Made by a program: the position numbers and the translations under genes. The notes under the pieces are model-generated. The model had not been told where the DNA came from. It made no database searches and worked only from the letters and a program-made list of their open reading frames with translations. Shown in pieces: positions 53,301 through 64,000 of a stretch of DNA of 64,000 nucleotides (its first letter is position 1; each line of letters opens with the position of its first letter). Source of the DNA: Schmidtea polychroa (Eukaryota); the NCBI GenBank assembly GCA_044892525.1, contig CM097887.1:77850397-77914396 (forward strand). Reading direction: 5' to 3'.

Positions 53301-56300
53301 GCAAACGAAATAGTTCAAGTACATATATTGACAAGTGTCTATAACAGTGTTCTCCAAACTGGGTGTCGTTAGATTTCTTAAGATTATATGAAAAATTTAT
53401 TGAGTGTAACCGATTTTAAAACAAATTCAAAAATTTCAGCTAAAAAATCTTAGGAATTTCCACTGAGATTGTTTTTTTATTAATCTTAATGTTCATTTTA
53501 TTTTCAAAAAGTGATCTTAAGTGATTGAAGGCGACTAGAAAAATATTTTCTTTCTCTAAGTTGTTTAACTTGTATTTTGGAAAAACAATTTTGTGATAAA
53601 TGTAAATTGTCATTTTAAACACTACATAAACAGAAGAAACAATAAATTAGATTAAAAAGTGCAAAAAAACATTATTTCCATAAGGTAAAGAAGTAACCTC
53701 CAATTTGTGTTATTTATCAAGTGAAAATTTGCATGTTTTAAGTAAGTTTTATTCGATAAATTGTAAATAATAATATAATCGAGTTTATTTTTTATTAGGA
53801 TGGATAAATTTTTGTTGAATAAATCAGTTAAAGCACCAAATTCAGTGACCAAAAAATCGAAAAGAAAAGAAAATATGCTGAAGACTTTATCGAATTTGGA
53901 TTCATTGTGACTGAGAAAATGGACAGGAGTTTCCCTTTTGTCTGGTGTGTAATAAGACATTGTCAAAGGCGTCAGTGGTTCCCAACAAATTGATTAGACA
54001 CAAGGAGGCTAAGCATCCAGAGCTCTCTTCAAAATCAAAAAATATTTTGAAACTCTGCGAGCACAAAACGAAAAACAAGTGTTTAAGATGAAAAACTTTT
54101 GCAAAATTTCTGAAAAGGCTCAGATTGCAAGCATCCAAGTAGCTTATTTACTCGCGAAAAAAAGAAAACCACACACAGAAGCTGAAAGTATTATTGCTCC
54201 TGCAGTTTCGATTATTGTTAGCATAATGCTGGGATGTGAAGCTACTGCGAAAGTGAAGAGTGTGCCATTGTCAGCAAACACAATTTCAAGAAGGATTCAA
54301 GACCTATCAAACGACATTTAATCTCAAATCATCGAGAATTTTCAGAGCTCAGAGGAATTTTCCAAATTGTGGTCGCTGCAAGCTGAGGAAACCACCGACG
54401 TCAGCGGAAAAGCACAGCTCATTACATTCATCAGATTCGTTCACGGTACAAGTAATTAACCAATATTTGTTTTGCCAGGAGTTGATTAAAACGACCACAG
54501 GAAGTGATATTTTCAACTTGATCGATGACTATGTGAAGAAATATCAACTTCAATGGCAGAAATATGTCGGAGTTTGTACAGATGGCGCTCCAAGTATGCA
54601 ATGAAAATTTAAAGGACTCGCGACCTTGGTTAGTCTTGTTAGGCCTTCAGTCACCATCACACACTGTATGATTCACCGAGAAGCTTTAGTTTCAAAGTCA
54701 ATTCCTTCGCAGCTCCTTATTGTCATTGTAGTGAATTAAAAATTTCAAAAATTAAAAACTTAAAGTGAATCTGAAATTTGAAAAAAAAAATTACTTTATT
54801 TCTATAAAATAGAATTCTTTATGTCTATAAAACAGAATGCTTTATTTAATTGTGTAAAAAAAAACTTTGTTTAAAATATAATAAATTTTGAATTTCTTGA
54901 CTATAATTATCAATTGGTTTATTCTTAAATATCAATATCCAGAAAGATGTTAACTAGAAGCATTATAGAATTTTACGATAATAAAGCAATTTTTATAACT
55001 GGTGCTACGGGATTATTAGGTAAATCAGTTATTGAGAAATTATTAAGATCAGAAGGCGCATCAGTAGCCGAAGGATTAGCCAAGCTTATATCATCAGACT
55101 TTCCCGATTTAGTCAGAATAGAAAATCCCGAAGCACTTAATAAAATTACAGCATTTGCTGAAAATGTAACTGATGTTAATTTCGGTTTAAATTATAACGG
55201 TTTAAATGAATTATTAAACAATGTATCTGTTATCATGCATGCTGCTGCCACTGTCAGATTTAATGAGCCGTTAAAATTGACGACAGAAATGAATGTAATA
55301 CCCGTTATTAAGCCGATGGAAACGTGTCATCAAATGAAGAATCTTGGAATTTTAATCCATATTTCAACTGCGCATGTAAATTATGATATGGAATTTGTGC
55401 ATGAATACGTTTATCCGCCATCATTAGATCCTTATAAGGTTTTCGATATCGTCCAGTACTTGATTGAGGATCTGATCAATCTGATCACTCCAAATATGTT
55501 GAAAAACAAACCAAATACTTATACATTCACGAAGCAATTGGCTGAATATACTATTCAGCAAAACATTGATAAATTACCATTAGTGATCGTTCGGCAATCA
55601 ATTATTGGAGCTACATTCATTGAACCGTTTCCGGGTTGGACGGATAATTTTAATGCAGCTACTGGACTTATCGCCGCTATCAGCAAAGGTATGCTGAGAT
55701 CAATGATGGGAGATTATATCAAATCCACCAATATCATCCCTTGTTGACACAAACGCCAATTTTATAATTGCCGCTGGCTGGTATTCTGCTGGTACATATG
55801 GTACTAAAGTAACAAATGAAAATGTCCAAGAAAGCCCGCCACCAAACAAGAAGAAGCCGACTACGACAGTCATGAATCAAGACGTCTCGATCATCAACAT
55901 TATCAAATCAAAGCCTTTGAACTCCAGAATTTTCAGCCTTCTTTGCGATGCGATGGATTCTGATATCAAAACCCCTCTCTACCACACAGAAGTTCGACGG
56001 CTGTCCAAAGGAAAAGTTCTTCAAAACTGAGCTTTTAGTTTTATTTCACTCAAAACTCTTGAAGTTGAGGATATCACACTAGATTTTGATTTTCGAGACA
56101 GTGACTGGTGTTTGAAGGTATCATTTCTTAATGATCTTTTCAACACACTCAATGTTCTTAATAAGAGTTTTCAGGGATCAGCTGAAAGTATTATGACGGC
56201 AACATCAAAGTTTCTTTCATTCAAAGAAAAACTTCACTTGTTCATCAGAAAAATTAAGGAAAAAAGCTTAGATTTCCTCCCCACCATTGATAAATTCGCT

Positions 56301-59300
56301 AATAAGGATGAAATTTCTGAGTTTGCTCTCCAAACCAAGGAAATGTTTTTGAAAGTATTCGACAATTATTTCTCCTCCTTAAACCTCAACCTTTATCAGT
56401 GGATTTTGAATCCATTTGGAACAAATGAATATCTTGAATTTTCCACGAAAGAAGAACAGTTTATTGATTTGAAAAACGACATGGTCAACAAAATTAATTT
56501 TGAACAAAAAGGTCTGAAAGGGTTTTGGATTTCTCTAGGCAAGGATTATCCCGAGTTGAGCATCAAAGCGTTCAAATTATTGCTTCCGTTTTCTACATCA
56601 TACTTATGTGAACTTGGATTTTTGGCACTGGTTGAGATAAAATCAAAGAAACGTGAAAGACTGCAAACAGTTGATGAAGAAATGCGAGTTAGTTTGTCGT
56701 CGGTCTTGCCTCGCTTCGATGTTGTTTGCTCGGAACATCAATCACATCCATCACATTGACGTTTGAGAAGTAAAAAATAAATAAAAAAACATAAAATAAA
56801 TATAATTTGTGTTAATTTTAAACGGCATTAAACTTTCATAAAATTTTTGTTGAAAATAATTGTCAGAGGTGTCGCGAATTTTTTTTTAAGTGAATGGGGT
56901 GTCGCCATCGAAACAACGTGCTTCTGTCAACAACAAATGTGTATACATGCCTCGGGCACTATAGTACTTTGTCAAGAAATGGCGTAGGTTCTTTTTTTCG
57001 ACATCGATTTATGAATAATTTAAAACAATTTTACATAATTCATTTCCGGGTATAATAAACATATTATGTAAATCATTCACATGTATAATAAATGAATTTC
57101 TATTTCATTCCAATATTCTAATAAATAAAATTCTAAGTGAAGCTAAAAAATATGAAACATAAAAATAAATTTTACTTAATATTTTACTTATAATTTGTCA
57201 GTAAAATATTAACTGAAATTTTTTCAATATTTATTTGAATTATAGTTTATTAATTTATATTGCAAAATATCAATAAAAACTTGTGGCTAACTGGTTCTTA
57301 CATGTCATTATTAAATTATTATATCAATTTACTTTGTGATTAATTTATTTTGAAATCTCCTTTCATATTGCGCGGCAACAGCCATTGACGCAACAAAAGA
57401 GCAATCAGAAACCACAGTTTGCTGAATCGAGAAACAAGACACTGCCATAATCATTTTAGGCTCCTCCAAATATTCAGAAGGCCGTATCCATTTTTTCAAT
57501 GAAGAAATCTGTTTTTGTGATAATGCCAGTAGACCATCTTTATCACTGAAGAATTGGTGTGAATTCAGAAAGCTGAAAATCAAAACTCTTACGTGAACGG
57601 AATAGTAAATGAAAATCGTTCTTTATAATCTAAGGCATCAATAAATGGAAGATACTGACGTGAGTTGATCGTAGATGTTGATCTAAGCACGGAAATTTCT
57701 TTCCCGCTGAAAGAAGAACCTTGTTGGGGTTGAGGAACTGGTAAAGATAAAATTAATATTTTAAAAGAAATGTTAATATAAATTGAGATGTACGGTGTAT
57801 GTGCGAATGAATTTATCCCGATGAAATGATGAAGTTAGTGAGAAGAACAAATAAAATTTTGAACAAGAACTTGAAGTAGTGTCGAATTTATAAGCAACTA
57901 TAATTACTATAAATATCATAGTAAATTAAGATTGGATCAAACTACATTTAACGAGTAAGCAAATTACAGTTATTGGTGTTTATATCCTGGTCCGTTCACA
58001 AATATTTCAGATTTCCGTGAAAATTCTAAAATACTTAAGTGTTATTTTCCTTTACTATGTGCTATGACTAAAGGATCATTATAAATATGAAAATATACTG
58101 CAAATTTGTTTCAATAGGAAACATAGGTTAGATAAATAAAACATTACACATACAGTAAATATAATAATTTATAAATTTAATCAATTAGTAATTTTTGTCT
58201 AATAGGTGGAAAATTATCTAAATTAACCCGTATTTTGTATATTGTAATATTGCAGACTGTTTGTGCTATTTTAATACTTAAAAGAACCAAAAAATATATC
58301 AGAATACGGAAGATTTTTTGTCATATTCTACGCTTTCTGTGAAAATTATCCAAATAAATAGAAAACCTAAATTTTAGGTCTTGATTGTAGACCACGCACT
58401 GAAAAGCCCTAATCTATTATATTCTTAAATTCAGGATAATGCAGGAATACGCTTAAGTGAAAATAAAAAAACCTTAATAGTTATATTACAGATTGCGTCT
58501 TTGCCATTATAAATAAACTTTATTAATATATTTTTACTGGGCATAAATATAGATTTTAATAGACTTCTTTATAGAGAGCTAAGTGAAATTGTTGAAACGT
58601 GTAATAATATGCATTATAAAAGACGTAGTCATAATTTGACCTGTTACTTTATTTCAGTGATTCCCAAATGGATTTCCACGGAACCATTATAGGTTCTGTG
58701 GGGTAATGAGCTCTAAGATATTGCTAATTTTAAAATTTCTGCAACGAATATTTTCTAATGTAGTTCAAATTTTAGCCCATTCGCCAAGTTTCGTCAAATA
58801 AATCATATTTATGTGAATTAGGATTATCAGCACTGGCCGAAATTAAATCTAAGAAGCGCGAACGATTACTGGTGTTTGGCCAAGAAATTAGAGTTTGCTT
58901 TAAACATTAGCCTCGAATTGAAAGGTTAAGCTTTGAAAATCAGGGCCATTACTCGCGCTAATAGTCTTAAAATAAATTTATTCCCAATCTTTAAATTTTG
59001 AGATTTTTAATTGTTTGAGTTCCGCCGAAGAAAAATGAAATTTTAGGGTTGCCCGAACAGAAATAGCTTGAGAAACACTGCTTTATTTGATAAAAAACGA
59101 ATTAGAAATAAATCAAAAAAAATTTTTTTTTACTTCAACTTATACATCTTAACTGTTTAATATCATGAAAAATAAAGAAAAATTTTCGCTGAAATAAATT
59201 CAAAAATGCTAATTTACTTGTAATTAAAATTAATATATTTATTGAATTTTATAAAGTTAATGTTTAACCGTTATTATTGATTTATCAAAAAATTTTCTAT

Positions 59301-60634
59301 TAACTAGCAGATTTTATAAAATTGAACTACGAGATAATTTAATTTCACATATATTTTCTGTAGAAAATATTAAAAATATCAAATACAAAAATCAATAAAA
59401 TTAAAAAATCAATTGCAAATTTAAGAACAATCGATATTAATTGTGAAAAGTTATATTACTAGCAAACAATATTGTTTTGAATAAATTAATAAAATATGAA
59501 AATATAATTCAAACGATTTTTTCAAAAAATTCATTTTTTAAAGCAGGGGTGCTCTGTGAGACATTGTTCAAATTAAAAGAATATTTATTATTAAAATCCG
59601 TAATATATCAAAAACATCGGTATATTAGCACTTTATCTTCAAGCTCTTTTTAATAAATACAATGGAAAAAAATCAGTGGTGAAATTGGAAAAAAAGTAAT
59701 AAATGAAGAGTTAAAATTAATAATTGAAGCGAACATTGCATTTCTGTTATTTTGGGTCGAAATAAAAATAAAGATTTAAAAAAATTAAAATTATTAAGTT
59801 ACTTAATTTTTCTAAAATATGGTAAAATAATTCAATAATAACACAAACGCTGGATAAATTTGATACGCAACTAAGAATTAAATCTATTAAATTACGATCG
59901 ATAAATATTGCAATATAAAATAAATACTAACAATATTGTTTAATTTATTTCAAAACATTTAACACTCAAATGAATTTTACACCTTATTTATGAAATCATA
60001 CGCGGAAAAATCATTTTTCTTTAATTAAATATTCAAACGAACGAATAGGTTTCATTTTTTCCTTAGGAAAATTTTAATTTTCAGATGAATCTTGTTTAAT
60101 CTATACAATAAAAAGTTAAAAATACATGGCAATGATTTAATTATAAGAAAGCTCCAATCAAACATTCGTTTCACGATATATTTCGGCAGTTATTATTAAT
60201 TAAGGCTGGCAAAAAGTTGGAAAAAGTGCGCCAGTTATCCGCCCACTCGACATGCGGGTAACCGAATACCCGCTCACACCACAATCTTGATATGAAGTAG
60301 CATTGACCTGTAACATCATGTACTTTGTTATTGCAGTATAACATAGATAACAGCAAGCGATTAGCGTGCATAGTGCAGAACAACAGTAGCCAACAACTGA
60401 TACACAAATCTAATAAACTTTGTTTCTTTGGATAATTGCTAATTGTTACCATTTTGGCTACTATTTTCACTGTTTTGATTAAAATGTTTTATTATTTCGA
60501 ATTTGAATCATAAACAGAACGAACGGGTAGTCGATTTCTGATTTAGATACCCGAGTAAGATCCGACGGTCGGTAACCCGGGTTACCGTTGACAGCCTTAT
60601 TATCAATTACTTTATTATTATTATTATTATTATG

Positions 60635-60684
<50 letters not shown>

Positions 60685-62737
60685 CTAATATATAAAAATG
60701 AAACGAGTGTTTGTATGTCCGGATATATATACTTCAAATTATGAGTAAAATAGTAGACAACTGTATTCAATTTTTCAAGTTAAAAACGTACAAGACCGAA
60801 TGAACTTCTAATTCGTTCTGTTTACTATATACTAATGGGAAAAAAGTCAATATTTTTATCCGAAAAAATAACGTGAAATTTCGCATTTTTAGACGATTTT
60901 AGACCGTTTATCTGAATGGGTGTTGTATGGCTGAATATGGTGGGGTAAGGGGTTGTGATTTTGTAATTTGTGAACAGAAATTTTAACCAAAGTTGATCTC
61001 TTTATGCTTACGATCAGCAATATCAAGATGAAACTGTATTGCCATATAAATCTTTTTAGAATGTCCACTGTTATAAATTTTCTCATGAATACCAACAAAA
61101 CCTCTGGAAATCTGAATTTTTTCTCAAGTGATGAAGAAGAGGCAGCAGTTTGTATTTCTTTCTCAAAATCAAGAGCAATGTAACTCTTTCGGTACTAGTT
61201 GTAAAACTGCATCCTCTGTCTGTCATAATTTTCATCAAATAATCTGTCAAATCTCTCCAGGACAACACCTCATCCCCAACATAACTAAGAATCATATTCA
61301 AAAAACAAAACTGAAGAAGTTCCGGGAAAATCTATTTTTAATAACGTTGACAATTCGATTCAATTCATTCGACCAAACAAACTAAATTCAGAATTCAAAA
61401 ACCATCGATTTAAAACTCGACAACTCGCGTCTGCACACAGACAAGAAGAAATGTGCGCATGTAGACGCGAGTAGTCAGAATTAACTGATTAATATTTCCT
61501 ATTAACATTTTCTTAACGACTATAAATCGATTTTTTCTCCAATGTAACACAAATTTTCAGTACTGGCTTTTAATCAAGTGTAATTTTAATCAAAATCATG
61601 GAATATGTAATCCGCATAACCAATAAATGAGAGACCATGTTACAAATAAATTTATTCTAATTGATTAAAGCGTCCTATTATTCATCTGCTTTATATCCAT
61701 AAACCGAATTAGTTCTGATCAATCATTTAATTTACCAAATATGAATTATGTTTTTATCTAAATTGAAAATCGATTTTTTATTTTCGATTTCATCATCAAA
61801 CAAAATAGCTTTTGCATATTTAATCCGTTATTTAATGAAAATTGATTAATAATCAGTTGAAAATCTAAAAACAGATGTACCAAATTTTGATTGGTAGAAT
61901 GCTTCAGCGAATCAGGTGCAAATATTCAAGCCCATATTAAAATAATTTTAATTCAATTTTTTAATAATTTTATATGATATTCAATCACAAACGGACGACG
62001 GGAATTTATTAATTCATTCACCTGAATTCGGTTTTCTATTATCAATTTCTTCCAGTTTAGCTTTTAGGATTTCAGCTCTATAAATAATTTCTATTACAAA
62101 TGCTAACTCGCATAAAAAGTTTAACCTTCCAAGCGCATTTTTAACTGAATTTCTAATTTCAATTTTCTCTTTCTCATTTGAAGAATTAGACTGAGATAGA
62201 TAATTTGTCATTAATTTAGCAATAAAATTGTATTCACAATTTCCAATAAAAGGCTAATAGAGTCTTGGTATAATTTTAAGGCTTCGTCGAAATTTCCTTC
62301 TTCGTCTTCTTTCATTGCTTCGGTTAACATGTAAATCGCTTGTGATTTACTTTTCTGAATATATTATTTATTGTAATGGTTAATTAATTGATAATTTATA
62401 AAAATATTCATTTGAAAATTAAGAACCTTACCGAATTTTCTGATATATGAATACCATTTGAATTAGTTTCAGTTGCTTCACTGGATTTATTTTTAAGGTC
62501 TTCTGCGCGTTTTAAATATGTATAAGCTCTTTCTTTAATGACCGAATTTTGAGATCCTAACTTCACAGCATTAAGAATAGAGTGAACTGCTTCCTGTATT
62601 GATAAAAATAATTGTTATTACAATGAAATTACTGAATAATAGAAAATCGCAGCTTCATAATTGTTATTTTTATCATTTTCTACAGCTAGATTTGAAAACG
62701 ATTTTGCTTCGTTTTCAAAGAAAACTATATCTCCCAT
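40730..62737 (-). CDS. CAPN7: Calpain-7 (PalB-type atypical calpain), complete spliced gene, 15 exons, 800 aa
   Basis: Manual minus-strand translation. Exons: 62633-62737, 62432-62593, 62238-62354, 62126-62190, 62022-62077, 57593-57737, 57333-57545, 50840-50933, 49578-49724, 46739-46969, 46139-46519, 45715-46014, 45529-45668, 40936-41028, 40730-40883. All introns are GT-AG, phases are consistent, and the total is 2403 nt. Two N-terminal MIT domains, catalytic Cys ([12 protein letters not shown]), His (THAY) and Asn ([12 protein letters not shown]), and C-terminal C2-like domains ending ...[11 protein letters not shown]...NLTK*. Confidence 0.96.
41186..41563. mobile_element. hAT MITE in calpain-7 intron 13
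   Basis: 14-bp TIR CAGTGCTCGAAGTG with a perfect 8-bp TSD CTTCAAAC. Contains an (AT)n tract. Confidence 0.92.
41857..42088. mobile_element. piggyBac-type MITE
   Basis: TTAA|CACTAGATTTAC ... GTAAATCTAGTG|TTAA. Confidence 0.88.
42451..43092 (-). mobile_element. hAT (Buster clade) deletion derivative
   Basis: TIRs CAGTGTTGTCCA / TGGACAACAATG with a perfect 8-bp TSD GTATATAG. Retains the transposase C-terminus ([23 protein letters not shown]). Confidence 0.92.
44310..45221 (-). mobile_element. Chapaev3-like (CMC) DNA transposon, 5' fragment
   Basis: [17 protein letters not shown]...AYHCYF...WEPHICC...NWLN is the Cys-rich N-terminus recalled for Chapaev3 transposases. End CACTGGTAAACA on the minus strand at 45221. 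The family assignment is from memory. Confidence 0.6.
44772..45077. mobile_element. TTAA-flanked piggyBac-type MITE nested in the Chapaev-like element
   Basis: TTAA|CCACTTAAC ... GTTAAGTGG|TTAA. Confidence 0.7.
45529..46969 (-). CDS. CAPN7: Calpain-7 exons 10-13 (catalytic His/Asn, domain III)
   Basis: [15 protein letters not shown]...[11 protein letters not shown] | ...[13 protein letters not shown]...[11 protein letters not shown] | [10 protein letters not shown]...[11 protein letters not shown]... | [15 protein letters not shown]...IELKAPR. Confidence 0.95.
47148..47575 (+). pseudogene. Actin pseudogene fragment with internal deletions (calpain-7 intron 9)
   Basis: [85 protein letters not shown]. 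Confidence 0.92.
48386..49210 (-). mobile_element. Penelope-like element, 5'-truncated (RT thumb/C-terminus plus GIY-YIG endonuclease)
   Basis: [16 protein letters not shown]; LPY; [29 protein letters not shown]; [15 protein letters not shown]. Confidence 0.92.
49578..49724 (-). CDS. CAPN7: Calpain-7 exon 9
   Basis: [49 protein letters not shown], flanked by AG/GT. Confidence 0.95.
50616..50809. mobile_element. Tc1/pogo-type MITE right end (left end hidden in the N gap)
   Basis: ...GCGCGTTATATGCGCTAAAATACGG|TA, a CCGTATTTT-type TIR. Confidence 0.6.
50840..50933 (-). CDS. CAPN7: Calpain-7 exon 8
   Basis: [31 protein letters not shown], flanked by AG/GT. Confidence 0.93.
51430..52680 (-). 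mobile_element. Degraded Ac/ZBED-like hAT transposase (calpain-7 intron 7), interrupted at 52277-52439
   Basis: [19 protein letters not shown] ... [24 protein letters not shown] ... [23 protein letters not shown]. Homologous motifs to 16147-18003. Confidence 0.8.
52277..52439 (+). other. 163-bp exact inverted copy of calpain-7 40788-40950 (end of exon 14, all of intron 14, most of exon 15)
   Basis: Base-by-base comparison with the reverse complement of 40788-40950 shows identity. The intron is included. Confidence 0.95.
54727..55868 (+). mobile_element. 1142-bp insertion with TG...CA ends and a 5-bp flanking duplication GTCAT, carrying the FAR gene
   Basis: GTCAT(54722-54726)|TGTAGTG ... 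CTACGACA|GTCAT(55869-55873). Removing it restores the transposase frame [28 protein letters not shown]. Confidence 0.8.
54947..55800 (+). pseudogene. Fatty acyl-CoA reductase (FAR, extended SDR), N-terminal NAD-binding domain only, intronless
   Basis: [27 protein letters not shown] (Rossmann), [30 protein letters not shown] (YxxxK), [12 protein letters not shown] +1 frameshift at ~55741 continues as [16 protein letters not shown]. The C-terminal sterile domain is absent. Confidence 0.93.
57333..57737 (-). CDS. CAPN7: Calpain-7 exons 6-7 (start of protease core, catalytic Cys)
   Basis: [19 protein letters not shown]...PFT|[12 protein letters not shown]...KWIRP...[27 protein letters not shown], with a 47-nt intron at 57546-57592. 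Confidence 0.95.
58655..59080 (+). mobile_element. hAT (Buster clade) short deletion derivative
   Basis: TIRs CAGTGATTCCCAAA / AGCTTGAGAAACACTG with a perfect 8-bp TSD CTTTATTT. Retains [15 protein letters not shown]. Confidence 0.9.
60201..60599. mobile_element. hAT-type MITE
   Basis: TIRs TAAGGCTGGCAA / TTGACAGCCTTA with TSD TTATTAAT vs TTATCAAT (7/8). Internal 16-bp palindrome GGTAACCCGGGTTACC. Confidence 0.8.
60611..60683. repeat. (TAT)n microsatellite
   Basis: Seen directly. Confidence 0.95.
60684..60880 (+). mobile_element. Helitron-like 5' end
   Basis: A|TCTAATATATAAAAATGAAACGAGTGTTTGTATGTCCG is typical of non-autonomous Helitron 5' termini. No hairpin+CTAG 3' end found. Confidence 0.5.
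60950..61300 (-). pseudogene. Second actin pseudogene, collapsed by multiple deletions (calpain-7 intron 5)
   Basis: SYVGDE / [24 protein letters not shown] / [22 protein letters not shown] / GIHEKIYNS / [11 protein letters not shown] / IADR.HKEI, in the actin order. Confidence 0.88.
62022..62737 (-). CDS. CAPN7: Calpain-7 exons 1-5 (tandem MIT domains)
   Basis: [35 protein letters not shown]|EAVHSIL...YLKRAEDLK...|[30 protein letters not shown]...|...NALGR|AEILK. Introns are 39, 77, 47 and 48 nt. Confidence 0.9.
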
Positions 62738-63373
62738 TAAACGGAAAATAAAAATAAAAATAGAAGTTTAATATTTTAAATTATGTTGATGTTTAATTAT
62801 TATTAAAACACTCATTAATTATATCAAAATAAGAAATTTAAATTTAAAAATACTTTTGTTATTAAAAGTTACAAATAAAAAGTAATTGAACATTTCAAAA
62901 ATTATTTAATAAGGTAAAAACATTTAATAAGGATGAATAATATTGAATTTTATGTGAATTAAAAAGTAATCAAGCATCAATTAAGAAAACTATTTATACA
63001 ATCGTCAAATTATTCATAGTTAGAGGTTCCTTTGGGTTATATTTGTATAAAATTGAGTCAATTTTTATGTGCCCTAGGCTACTTTGTAAAATTGCTTTAT
63101 ATTTTTGATAAGAATTTTTTATTTAGTTTCGTTTATTGATTTTATGCCACTTTCCCTTTCCTGATCTAAAATACTATGACAATATTTTATACAGTGTCCA
63201 TATGTAGCACATTGTCTGTTACAGTTCAACATAGTTAACAGTCGTCTCACATTTTCAACTATACCACATTTCAATCATTCGTTTTCTTTACGCGGTCATT
63301 TTTAAATTTTTTTTTAAAAAATTTTCGAACACATTATATTGTTTTTGGAAATCGATATTTTAATATATATATC

Positions 63374-64000
63374 CAGTGGTGGCTCTACCACATAGGTGAA
63401 CTAGACAACCGATTAGGGCTCCAAAATCCATTTTACAATTTTCTATGCAGACAAGAATAAAAGAAAATTTTAAAACTTTTTAGTACTTTTGGAATTTTTT
63501 TAATTCAGCAATTTAAATATTATTGTTGAATAACATTAAAATTTGAAAAATGTATTTATTTTGAAGTTTCTTTAATGTATTTTATTAAAAAATGCACCAA
63601 ATATTTATTAAAAAAATTAATTTGCTTTAGTAAAATAGTTATTTGTGAATGCAAATTGAGTGAGTTTCCTATGGCCATTAAATTTTATGTTTTTTAACTA
63701 TAAAATTATTATTTTTTTTGTCATGGAAGAATATAAAAAGAAAAAATTATCTGATTGTGAAAATCGGAAAAGAAGGTATGAGAAAGTAAACGAAATTGCA
63801 AAGCAAAGCGGCACTCTTTTAAAATATATTTCAAATTAAAATCAAAGCGAAGCTGATCACTATAATACATGGTTACACCAAAACAATAATATTGTTAATG
63901 AAAATATATACATTCAAAGAATTGGTGCTGAATGTCCTGGTACATGGCCAACAAAATGCAGTGGCACAGTACGCTGCATGATTATTCAAAATTTGTCGCA
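63374..64000 (+). mobile_element. hAT element 5' end (Tip100/ZMYM-like), running off the window
   Basis: CAGTGGTGGCTC TIR-like end. ATG at 63723 gives MEEYKKKKLSDCENRKRRYEKVNEIAKQSGTLLKYIS, a typical N-terminus for this clade. Confidence 0.6.

Larger units (their letters stand above)
53345..56910 (+). mobile_element. hAT element (Buster/ZBED5-SCAND3-like), transposase 53800-56759 interrupted by the FAR insert, right TIR missing
   Basis: Left [40 protein letters not shown]...[97 protein letters not shown]. Confidence 0.93.

Noticed and set aside
62014-62211. ORF-track 65-aa protein as a separate gene
   Set aside because: It is calpain-7 exons 4-5 read through the frame-preserving intron 4.

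Overview
AT-rich eukaryotic genomic DNA with five N gaps. It looks invertebrate, and the tiny introns, (TAT)n tracts and TE mix suggest a triclad flatworm, but that is inference only. There is one intact host gene, calpain-7/PalB (minus strand, 15 exons, 62737->40730, 800 aa by my exon reconstruction). The rest is mostly nested, decayed transposons: several hAT clades, piggyBac, pogo/Tigger, Tc1-like DD34E, Merlin, Chapaev-like, Penelope, a Helitron 5' end, and LTR-like units with orphan ORFs. The standout is a 16.9-kb Polinton/Maverick-type insertion (18794-35695, AG...CT ends, 6-bp TSD GATAAG, splitting a Tigger ORF). It is almost entirely one palindrome, with two ~8.1-kb arms around a 675-bp spacer and no intact Polinton genes. 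Its ends carry dense AP-1 and NR5A/ERR-type motif arrays, and each arm has five copies of a palindromic cassette. Other highlights: a fatty acyl-CoA reductase gene inserted (TG...CA, 5-bp duplication) into a hAT transposase; a perfect 163-bp inverted DNA copy of the calpain-7 last intron/exon inside another hAT remnant in intron 7; two microdeletion-collapsed actin copies; and a possible shared orphan protein family in two LTR-like units.
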